From positions 48,583 through 112,582 of the forward strand of contig PKEX01000029.1 of assembly GCA_002919235.1 (NCBI GenBank): a stretch of DNA of 64,000 bases. The letters run 5' to 3'. The position numbers and the translations under genes were made by a program. The DNA comes from Clostridia bacterium. GTDB taxonomy: Bacteria > Bacillota > Limnochordia > DTU080 > RSA5. This document shows positions 56,393-64,000 of this stretch, in pieces (the stretch's first letter is position 1; the number at the start of each line of letters is the position of its first letter). The notes under the pieces are model-generated. The model worked only from the letters and a program-made list of their open reading frames with translations, made no database searches and was not told the DNA's origin.

Positions 56393-57520
56393 ATGGCTGA
56401 GATTGCCACCCGCGACGAGCAGCTCGGCGTCCGTTCGGAAGAGCTTTTCGTCAACATGGGCCCTCAACACCCCAGCACGCACGGGGTGCTGCGCGTCCTC
56501 ACCCGCCTCGACGGCGAGAAGGTGCTCGAGGCCGAAGCGGACATCGGCTACCTGCACCGGTGCTTCGAGAAGATCGCCGAGAAGCGCAAGCTCTTCCAGG
56601 TGATCCCCTATACCGACCGCACCGACTACCTTGCCGCCATCACCAACGAACTGGTCTTCGTGATGGCCGTCGAAAAGCTCTTGGAGATCGAGGTGCCGCC
56701 GAGGGCCCAGTACATCCGGTTTATCATGTCCGAGCTTCAGAGGATCGCGAGCCACCTCCTCTGGTTCGGCACCTTCGCCATGGACCTGGGCGCCACCACC
56801 GCCTTCCTCTACGCGTGGCGTGAACGGGAGCGCCTCCTCGACATTTTCGAGGCGGTGACCGGAGCGCGCATGCTCTACAACTACTTGAGGATCGGCGGCG
56901 TCCGCAACGACGTATTCGACGGGTTCGAGGCCACGGTGGAAAAGTACTTGCGGGACTTTGAGAAGCGCCTGAAAGAGTACCATGACCTGGTGACCGGAAA
57001 CCGCATCTTCGAGGTGCGCACGCAAGGTGTAGGCGTCGTCACCGCGGAGGAGGCCATCGCCTACGGGGCCAGCGGCCCGGTCCTCAGGGCCAGCGGCGTC
57101 AAGTACGACGTCCGCAAGGCCGATCCGTACCTGGTCTACGACAAGTACGATTTCGAAGTGCCCACCGGGCAAAACGGCGACTGCTACGACCGCTACATCG
57201 TCCGCATGAAGGAGATGGAGGAGAGCGTCAAACTGGTCCGCCACGGGCTGGCCGACATGCCGGCGGGCGACGTGATGGGCAAGGTTCCCCGGCGCATCAA
57301 GCTGGAGGGTGACACGTACGCCCGCATCGAGTCGCCCCGCGGGGAAGTCGCCTGCTACCTGGTGGGAGACGGCTCCGATCAAGCGTACCGGCTGAGCTGG
57401 CGCTCCCCGTGCTTCGTGCACCTGCAGCTCCTGAACATCATGGCCAGGGGCGGCCTGGTCGCCGACCTGATCGCCAGCATCGGGAGCATCGACATCGTCA
57501 TGGGCGAGGTGGACCGGTAG
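56393..57520 (+). CDS. nuoD: NADH-quinone oxidoreductase subunit D
   Basis: Internal ATG with RBS GGAGGTGGAGG. The NuoD/49-kDa motifs MGPQHPSTHGVLR and ESPRGE. Confidence 0.93.
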   Translation: MAEIATRDEQLGVRSEELFVNMGPQHPSTHGVLRVLTRLDGEKVLEAEADIGYLHRCFEKIAEKRKLFQVIPYTDRTDYLAAITNELVFVMAVEKLLEIEVPPRAQYIRFIMSELQRIASHLLWFGTFAMDLGATTAFLYAWRERERLLDIFEAVTGARMLYNYLRIGGVRNDVFDGFEATVEKYLRDFEKRLKEYHDLVTGNRIFEVRTQGVGVVTAEEAIAYGASGPVLRASGVKYDVRKADPYLVYDKYDFEVPTGQNGDCYDRYIVRMKEMEESVKLVRHGLADMPAGDVMGKVPRRIKLEGDTYARIESPRGEVACYLVGDGSDQAYRLSWRSPCFVHLQLLNIMARGGLVADLIASIGSIDIVMGEVDR

Positions 57521-58531
57521 ATGGACTTCTTCTCCGCCATGCACAGCGGTCTGGTGAGCGCGGGCTGGCCTCTCTGGCTGGCGAACCTGGTGCCGCCGCT
57601 GGTCAAAGCGCTGATCCTCCTCCTCTTCATCCTGCTGAACTGCACCTTCCTCATCTGGATGGAGCGGAAAGTGGCCGGCCACATGCAGCGCCGGATGGGG
57701 CCGATGCGGCTCGGTCCCCACGGGATCATCCAGACCATCGCCGACGTGGTGAAGCTCATCGCGAAGGAGGACGTCATCCCGGCGGGCGTCGACCGCTGGG
57801 TGTTCGTGCTCGCGCCCATCGTCGCTTTCGCCCCGGCTTTCGCCGTCTTTATGGTGATCCCGTTTGGGCCCAATCTCATCGCTCAGGATCTCAACATCGC
57901 GCTGATCTTTATCGCCGCCCTCACCTCCTTCGTCGTCATCTCCTTCCTGATGGCGGGCTGGAGTTCCAATAATAAGTGGTCGCTCTTGGGTGCCATGCGG
58001 GCCAGCGCGCAGCTCATCAGCTACGAGGTGCCGCTGGTCATTTCGGTGGCCTCCGTTGCCCTGCTGGCGGGCTCGCTCAGCCTGCAGGACATCGTCAGGG
58101 CGCAGTCGCAGAGCTTCTGGTACATCCTCGTCCAGCCCATCGGCTTTCTCGTGTTCCTGACGGCCTCTTTGGCCGAACTCAACCGGTCGCCGTTCGACAT
58201 GTCCGAAGCCGAGCAAGAGCTGGTGGCTGGGTACAACACCGAGTACAGCGGCATGCGCTGGGCCATCTTTTACCTGACCGAATACGCGAACTTGATCACG
58301 TTCGCCGCGATGGCCTCCACCCTCTTCTTCGGGGGTTGGAGCGGGCCCGGCTTGCCGCCGTTCGTCTGGTTCATGATCAAGGTGTACTTCTTCATCTTCC
58401 TGGTGATGTGGATCCGGTGGACGCTGCCCCGGGTCCGTATCGACCAGCTGATGGACATCGGCTGGAAGGGGCTTCTTCCCCTCTCCCTGGTGAACCTGGC
58501 GTTTACCGGGATCTACGTCCTCTTGCGCTGA
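57521..58531 (+). CDS. nuoH: NADH-quinone oxidoreductase subunit H
   Basis: 336 aa, 8 TM helices, with ERKVAGHMQRRMGP and SPFDMSEAE motifs. It follows nuoD directly, so there is no nuoE/F/G. Confidence 0.93.
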   Translation: MDFFSAMHSGLVSAGWPLWLANLVPPLVKALILLLFILLNCTFLIWMERKVAGHMQRRMGPMRLGPHGIIQTIADVVKLIAKEDVIPAGVDRWVFVLAPIVAFAPAFAVFMVIPFGPNLIAQDLNIALIFIAALTSFVVISFLMAGWSSNNKWSLLGAMRASAQLISYEVPLVISVASVALLAGSLSLQDIVRAQSQSFWYILVQPIGFLVFLTASLAELNRSPFDMSEAEQELVAGYNTEYSGMRWAIFYLTEYANLITFAAMASTLFFGGWSGPGLPPFVWFMIKVYFFIFLVMWIRWTLPRVRIDQLMDIGWKGLLPLSLVNLAFTGIYVLLR

Positions 58532-58604
58532 CGGGGGCGTCTTGCGCCGCCGACGTCCGCGCGGCCCGATCCCACCAGGAGAGCTGACAAGGAGCTGATC
58601 GCTC

Positions 58605-59099
58605 ATGGGCAGATTCTTGGCCGAGATCTACAAGGCACTGAAGAGCGCGGCGCTGGGTTTGAAGGTGACGGTGAAAAACCTCTTTTCACCTGCCATCACC
58701 CTCCAGTACCCGGACGAGCGCCTGGATCTTCCCGTGGGATTCCGGGGGATCCCCGTGCTCCTCAGCGACGCCGAGGGGAATCTCAAGTGCACCTCGTGCG
58801 AGCTTTGCGCCCGCGCGTGCCCGGTGCAGTGCATCGAGATCCAGTCGCACAGGGAAGAGGGACGGAAGCTCAAGGTGCTGGACGTCTACAACCTGGACGC
58901 CACGTGGTGCATGTACTGCGGCCTCTGCGTCGAGGCGTGCCCCTTCGACGCCCTGGCGATGTCGGACCAGTTTGAGCTGGCCGATTACGATCTGACCAAC
59001 CTGGTCTTCGACCGCGACCGCCTCGCCGAGATCGGCCGGCGCCAGGTGACGGAGACCATCAACTTCGGCATCAAGACGGGAGGAGCGGCGACGCGATGA
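58605..59099 (+). CDS. nuoI: NADH-quinone oxidoreductase subunit I (2x[4Fe-4S] ferredoxin)
   Basis: 164 aa with two CxxCxxCxxxCP motifs. Confidence 0.92.
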   Translation: MGRFLAEIYKALKSAALGLKVTVKNLFSPAITLQYPDERLDLPVGFRGIPVLLSDAEGNLKCTSCELCARACPVQCIEIQSHREEGRKLKVLDVYNLDATWCMYCGLCVEACPFDALAMSDQFELADYDLTNLVFDRDRLAEIGRRQVTETINFGIKTGGAATR

Positions 59100-59635
59100 C
59101 GGTGACGGATTGGGTGTTCCTCGCCATCGCCCTGGTGACGCTCTTCAGCGCGTACCGGGTCGTCACGACGCACAAGATCATGCACGCGGCCCTCTGGCTC
59201 GGGCTGACGTTCGTCGGGGTCGCCGGGATCTTCCTCCTGTTGGGTGCCGATTTCCTGGCCGCGGCCCAGGTCTTGGTGTACGTCGGTGCCATCACTACCA
59301 TCATCATCTTCGGCATCATGCTGTCGTCGGTGGAAGACCTCCGCGGGGAGTCGTTTGACAACGTGTGGAAGCGGCTCTCTTCCCGGCTCACTTCGAGCCG
59401 GCGGGGAATTTGGCCGCTGCTGGCAGCAGTGGGCCTTGCCGCAGCCATGGTGATCGTGGTCAGCCGGGGGCAGTGGCCGGCCTCGCCCCACGCCCCGGCC
59501 CTGGACACGCCGCGGCTCTTGGGCGAAGCCCTGTTCACCCGCTTTGTCATCCCCTTTGAGGCGGCGTCGATTGTCCTCCTGGTGGCCCTGATCGGCGCGA
59601 TCGCCTTGGCGCTGAAGGAGGAGAGGACCGAATGA
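59096..59635 (+). CDS. nuoJ: NADH-quinone oxidoreductase subunit J
   Basis: 179 aa membrane subunit. Overlaps the nuoI stop. Confidence 0.85.
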   Translation: MTVTDWVFLAIALVTLFSAYRVVTTHKIMHAALWLGLTFVGVAGIFLLLGADFLAAAQVLVYVGAITTIIIFGIMLSSVEDLRGESFDNVWKRLSSRLTSSRRGIWPLLAAVGLAAAMVIVVSRGQWPASPHAPALDTPRLLGEALFTRFVIPFEAASIVLLVALIGAIALALKEERTE

Positions 59636-59940
59636 CGCTTTCGCTGCCGGTGGTGTTAGGGGTCGGGGCGATCATGTTCGGCCTGGGCGTCTACGGCGCG
59701 CTGACCCAGACCAACGCTATCCGGGTGCTGATGTGCATCGAGCTGGTGCTGAACAGCGTCAACATCAACCTGGTCGCCTTCTCCCGCTTCACCGCGGACC
59801 AGGCCCTGGGGCAGATCTTCGCTGTGTTCGTCATGACGGTGGCCGCCGCGGAAGCCGCCGTGGGCCTTGCGATCATCTTGATGATCGCCCGCCGGAAGAC
59901 ACAGATCGACATCGACCAGATCAACCTGTTGAAATGGTAG
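59632..59940 (+). CDS. nuoK: NADH-quinone oxidoreductase subunit K
   Basis: 102 aa, three TM helices, with a conserved Glu in TM2. Confidence 0.88.
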   Translation: MTLSLPVVLGVGAIMFGLGVYGALTQTNAIRVLMCIELVLNSVNINLVAFSRFTADQALGQIFAVFVMTVAAAEAAVGLAIILMIARRKTQIDIDQINLLKW

Positions 59941-59950
59941 GTGGCAGTAG

Positions 59951-61876
59951 ATGGCAGAGCTCGCCTGGCTTATCCCGATCTTGCCGTTAGCCTCCTTCGT
60001 CTTCATCTCGCTGGCGGGCCAGACCGTCAAGGGCGACGGCGACCGGGTCGGCGTCGCGGCCGTGGGCGCGTCCCTCATCCTCTCGATCTTGGTCTTTGTG
60101 GACGTGCTGGACGGCGCCCGGGTGTCGGCGGACTTCGCGTGGGCCTTCTTCGGCGGTACCCAGCTGCGCCTAGGCTACCAGGTGGATCCGCTGACCGCGA
60201 CCATGCTGGTGGTCGTGACGCTGATCAGCTTCTTGGTTCACGTCTACAGCCTCGGCTACATGCACGGCGACGTGCGGTACAAGCGGTACTATGCGATCCT
60301 CTCGCTCTTTACCGCGTCCATGCTGGGGCTGGTGCTGGCCGACAACCTCCTGTTCCTCTTCGCCTTCTGGGAGCTTATCGGCCTGTGCTCGTTCCTGCTC
60401 ATCGGCCACTGGTACGAGAAGCGGGACGTGGGCTTCGCAGCGCTCAAGGCGTTCCTCACCACCCGGGTGGGCGACATCGGCATGCTGGTCGGCATCATGC
60501 TGGTGTTCTTCCACGCCCGCAGCTTCCAGTTTGACGCCATCGCCGAGGTGATCGCCTCCGGGCAGTGGGTGGGGCCCGCCTTGGCGGCCGCCGCGGTGCT
60601 GCTGTTTGCGGGCGCCGTGGGCAAGTCGGCGCAGTTTCCCCTGCACGTCTGGCTGCCGGACGCCATGGCCGGTCCCACGTCGGTCTCGGCCCTGATCCAC
60701 GCGGCGACGCTGGTCGCGGCCGGCGTCTACCTGGTGGCCCGCTCCTATGCCGTCTTTTCGGCCGCGCCGGAGGCGCTGGCCACGGTGGCCTGGGTGGGCG
60801 GGATCACCGCGCTGTTTGCCGCGAGCATCGCCCTGGTGATGGAAGACATCAAGAAGGTGCTGGCCTACTCCACCGTCAGCCAGCTGGGCTTCATGATGGT
60901 GGGGCTCGGCGTCGGCGGGTTTACCGCGGGCGTCTTCCACCTGGTGACGCACGCCGTGTTCAAGGCGCTGCTCTTCCTGGCGTCGGGCAGCGTGATCCAC
61001 GGCGTCGACACCCAGAACATGCACGAGATGGGCGGCCTGCGCAAGAAGATGCCGGTCACTTTCTGGACCTGGGCCATCGGTTCCGCGGCGCTGGCCGGGA
61101 TCTACCCGCTGGCCGGTTTTTGGAGCAAGGACGAGATCCTGCTCTCCGTCTACGAGGGCCAGCACACCGCTCTGTTCTGGATCCTGGTGATCGCTGCGAC
61201 GCTGACGGCGTTCTACATCACCCGGGCCACCCTTCTCACCTTCTTCGGAGAGCCCCGGGACCGCAGGCGCTACGAGCATGCGCACGAGTCGCCGGCCACC
61301 ATGACGGTGCCGCTGGTGATCCTGGCGGCCCTCGCGGTGGTGCTGGGCTTCGCCAACTCGCCCTACAGCGGCTACTGGTTCGCCCGGTTCGTCTACTTCG
61401 ACCACCCGCACGTGCCGGAAGCGGCGGGCTTCGTCCTCTTCTGGGCCACGGCCAGCTGGGTCGTGGGCGTGGGCCTGGCCGTCCTGGTCTACGGGTTCGG
61501 GCTGATCTCGCGGCGGGCGGTCATCGACAACCTGCGGCCCGTTTGGGTCCTGCTCAAGAACAAGTACTACTTTGATGAGCTCTACTACCTGGTCTTCGTG
61601 CGCGGGACGGTGGCTCTGGCTCGCATCGTCGGCTGGTTTGACCGGGTCGTCGTCGACGGCGTCGTCAACCTGGCGGGCTACGGCACGGCCAAGCTCAGCC
61701 GGGCAACGGGCGAATTTGACCGGGACGTGATCGACGGTGCGGTCAACGGCATCGCAGCTCTGTTCAAGGCGGGAGGTGCGGTGCTCAGGAGACTGCAGAC
61801 AGGGTACGTCCAATCGTACGTGCTGGCGCTCTTTTTGACGGTGGTCGTCGGCCTCTTGGTCTTTGCCATCGGCTGA
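59951..61876 (+). CDS. nuoL: NADH-quinone oxidoreductase subunit L
   Basis: 641 aa antiporter-like subunit with a long C-terminal amphipathic helix region. Confidence 0.92.
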   Translation: MAELAWLIPILPLASFVFISLAGQTVKGDGDRVGVAAVGASLILSILVFVDVLDGARVSADFAWAFFGGTQLRLGYQVDPLTATMLVVVTLISFLVHVYSLGYMHGDVRYKRYYAILSLFTASMLGLVLADNLLFLFAFWELIGLCSFLLIGHWYEKRDVGFAALKAFLTTRVGDIGMLVGIMLVFFHARSFQFDAIAEVIASGQWVGPALAAAAVLLFAGAVGKSAQFPLHVWLPDAMAGPTSVSALIHAATLVAAGVYLVARSYAVFSAAPEALATVAWVGGITALFAASIALVMEDIKKVLAYSTVSQLGFMMVGLGVGGFTAGVFHLVTHAVFKALLFLASGSVIHGVDTQNMHEMGGLRKKMPVTFWTWAIGSAALAGIYPLAGFWSKDEILLSVYEGQHTALFWILVIAATLTAFYITRATLLTFFGEPRDRRRYEHAHESPATMTVPLVILAALAVVLGFANSPYSGYWFARFVYFDHPHVPEAAGFVLFWATASWVVGVGLAVLVYGFGLISRRAVIDNLRPVWVLLKNKYYFDELYYLVFVRGTVALARIVGWFDRVVVDGVVNLAGYGTAKLSRATGEFDRDVIDGAVNGIAALFKAGGAVLRRLQTGYVQSYVLALFLTVVVGLLVFAIG

Positions 61877-61973
61877 TGCCCGCCGAGGCCTTCCGGCCGA
61901 AACCTGGTCAACGCTGGTCCTTCGCCGGGCTCGCCCTGGTGACGACAATGGCGAAACAGGGGGTTAAGAACGA

Positions 61974-63500
61974 ATGACATTAACGTTCATCGTGTTCCTC
62001 CCTCTCTTGGGGGCCCTCGTCAGCCTGTTCCTCCCCAAGGAGAACCACGACATCCACCGCAAGTGGGCGCTCATCGTCTCGCTGGTGGCTCTTGCTGTGG
62101 TGCTCGGCATGTGGGGGCCGTTTGACGCCGGCAATCCCGGCATCCAGTTCGAACAGCGAGCGAACTGGATCCCCAGCATCGGCGTGAGCTACCACGTGGG
62201 CGTCGACGGCATCAGCTATCCGATGCTGATCATCACCGGGCTGGTCAGCGTCCTGGCCATCCTGGCGTCGTGGAACATCGACCACCGCCAGAAGGAGTTC
62301 TTCGCCTGGATGCTGGTGCTCCAGACGGCGATGTACGGCGTGTTCGTCGCCCTGGACTACATCCTCTTCTTCCTCTTCTGGGAACTGCTCCTGGTGCCCA
62401 TGTACTTCATCATCGGGATCTGGGGCGGTCCGAAGCGGGAGTACGCGGCCATCAAGTTCTTCATCTACACCTTGGTGGGCAGCGCGATCATGCTGGTGGG
62501 CATCCTCGCCACCTACCTCAAGGCGGGGCTCGGCACCTTCGACATCGTCACCATCGCCCAGCAGGCCAATTTCGATCCGCGCTTTCAGTTCTGGGCGTTC
62601 CTGGCCTTCTTCATCGGCTTTGCCGTAAAGGTGCCCATGTGGCCCTTCCACACGTGGCTTCCGGACGCGCACGTGGAGGCGCCTACGGGCGGCTCGATGC
62701 TGCTGGCCGGCATCCTGCTGAAGACGGGAACCTACGGCTTCTTCCGGATCGCGTTCCCCACGTTCCCTGAGGGAGCCGACGCGTTCAAGTGGCTGATGGC
62801 GCTGCTGTCGGTGATCAGCATCATCTACGGCGCCCTGGCCGCCATGGCCCAGAGGGACCTCAAGAAGATGGTGGCCTACTCCTCCGTCAGCCACATGGGC
62901 TTCGTCACGCTGGGCCTTGCGGCCGCGGCGGGCGCGGTGGCCCAGGCGAAAGGCGTCGGCGACGCCACAGTCATCGGCCAGCTGCTGGCCAACGGCTCGA
63001 TGGCGCTGAACGGCGCCATGTACGTCATGATCTCTCACGGGCTCATCTCGCCCCTCCTCTTCTTCCTGGTGGGCAGCGTCCTCTACGACCGGGCTCATAC
63101 CCGCATGATGGACGAGATGGGCGGCTACTTCTCCAAGATCCCGGTGGCCGGCACCATCCTGGCCTTCGCGGCCTTTGCCAACCTGGGGCTTCCGGGGCTT
63201 TCGGGCTTCGTCGGCGAGTTCTTCACCTTCGTGGGCAGCTTCCCCGCCTTTAGGACGCTGGTGATCATCGCCGCGCTGGGCCTGGCCGTCACCGCCGGGT
63301 ATCACCTGTGGATGATGCAGCGGGTGTTGATGGGCGAAGGCAAGAAGGAGGAGAGCTTCCCCGACATCAACGGGCGGGAGCTTGCCGTCAGCGTGCCGCT
63401 GATGGTCCTCATCGTCCTCCTGGGCGTGTATCCGGCGCTGGCGTTGAGCATCCTGGACCCGGCCGTGAGCCAGCTCATGCTTAAGCTGGGAGGGATGTAA
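61974..63500 (+). CDS. nuoM: NADH-quinone oxidoreductase subunit M
   Basis: 508 aa antiporter-like subunit (WLPDAHVEAPTGGS). Confidence 0.92.
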   Translation: MTLTFIVFLPLLGALVSLFLPKENHDIHRKWALIVSLVALAVVLGMWGPFDAGNPGIQFEQRANWIPSIGVSYHVGVDGISYPMLIITGLVSVLAILASWNIDHRQKEFFAWMLVLQTAMYGVFVALDYILFFLFWELLLVPMYFIIGIWGGPKREYAAIKFFIYTLVGSAIMLVGILATYLKAGLGTFDIVTIAQQANFDPRFQFWAFLAFFIGFAVKVPMWPFHTWLPDAHVEAPTGGSMLLAGILLKTGTYGFFRIAFPTFPEGADAFKWLMALLSVISIIYGALAAMAQRDLKKMVAYSSVSHMGFVTLGLAAAAGAVAQAKGVGDATVIGQLLANGSMALNGAMYVMISHGLISPLLFFLVGSVLYDRAHTRMMDEMGGYFSKIPVAGTILAFAAFANLGLPGLSGFVGEFFTFVGSFPAFRTLVIIAALGLAVTAGYHLWMMQRVLMGEGKKEESFPDINGRELAVSVPLMVLIVLLGVYPALALSILDPAVSQLMLKLGGM

Positions 63501-63502
63501 AC

Positions 63503-64000
63503 GTGCAGCAGTACTCCCTGCTCCTCCCGGAGATCATCCTAGCGGGGCTGGGACTGCTCCTGCTCGCGTTGGATCTGACCGTCTCCTCCAAGAGGACGTT
63601 GGCGGTGGCGGGGGTCATCGGGACCCTCGCCACCTTGGCGGCGGTGGTCGCCAACTTCGGGGCGCCGGCCACTGAGATCTGGAGCGGCACCATCCGGGTG
63701 GATGCCTTTGCCCAGTACTTCAAGCTGATCTTCGCCGTCATCTTGGGGCTGGTCTTCCTGTTCTCCGGCGAGTACCTGGAGCGGCGCGAGGTGAAGGTGG
63801 GCGAGTTTTACATCCTGGTCACCTTCGCCACGCTGGGCGCGTTCCTGATGGCGTCGTCGCTGGAGCTCATCACCATTTACATCGGGCTCGAGCTGATGAC
63901 CATCTCGTCGTACGTCCTCGCCGGCATGCTGCGCAACGACGCGCGGTCCAGCGAAGCGTCCATCAAATTCTTCCTGATGGGCGCGCTGACGTCCGGCGTG
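63503..64000 (+). CDS. nuoN: NADH-quinone oxidoreductase subunit N (partial, 3' end beyond window)
   Basis: GTG start after RBS GGGAGGGATG. N-terminal TM helices of the NuoN family. Runs off the window end. Confidence 0.8.
   Translation, partial: MQQYSLLLPEIILAGLGLLLLALDLTVSSKRTLAVAGVIGTLATLAAVVANFGAPATEIWSGTIRVDAFAQYFKLIFAVILGLVFLFSGEYLERREVKVGEFYILVTFATLGAFLMASSLELITIYIGLELMTISSYVLAGMLRNDARSSEASIKFFLMGALTSGV

Overview
This is a high-GC (~68%) chromosomal segment of an endospore-forming Firmicute. It is almost entirely core and sporulation genes, and gene order mirrors Bacillus subtilis. The syntenic blocks are: thrC-hom; hbs-spoIVA-gpsA-plsY-der; rpsA-plsC-cmk; tyrA-DAHP synthase-hisC-aroH; rluB-ytfJ-ytfI-scpB-scpA-HD-lysA-spoVA; spoVS-rny-recX-recA-thpR-cinA; argS; trpS/infC; spoVT; pgsA-rimO; and an 11-gene nuoABCDHIJKLMN operon truncated at the window end. 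About 55 genes tile the minus strand from 1 to 37.5 kb. The rest is mixed orientation. GTG/TTG starts and 4-nt start/stop overlaps (GTGA, ATGA) are frequent. Several ORF-track entries carry spurious N-terminal extensions, which I trimmed to RBS-supported internal starts. Long antisense ORFs in the track are high-GC artefacts. I saw no mobile elements, CRISPR arrays, rRNA/tRNA genes or obvious defence island. The more interesting items are: a HutP-family protein leading the aromatic amino-acid operon; a dodecin gene and a DUF360/holin-like gene embedded in a reduced spoVA operon behind a CATACTA forespore-type -10; a divergent beta-clamp (dnaN) paralog coupled to a small protein and argS; a Trp T-box leader on trpS whose promoter overlaps a divergent infC promoter, with infC probably starting at ATT; an FtsH-like protease lacking the extracytoplasmic domain, coupled to an unknown membrane-anchored protein; a nuo leader with terminator/antiterminator-like alternative hairpins and a perfect palindrome; and a DUF3189/mini-ORF/YIEGIA/spoIIP sporulation cluster. 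Motif coordinates for promoters and terminators may be off by 1-2 nt because I indexed by hand. CDS ends follow the ORF track.
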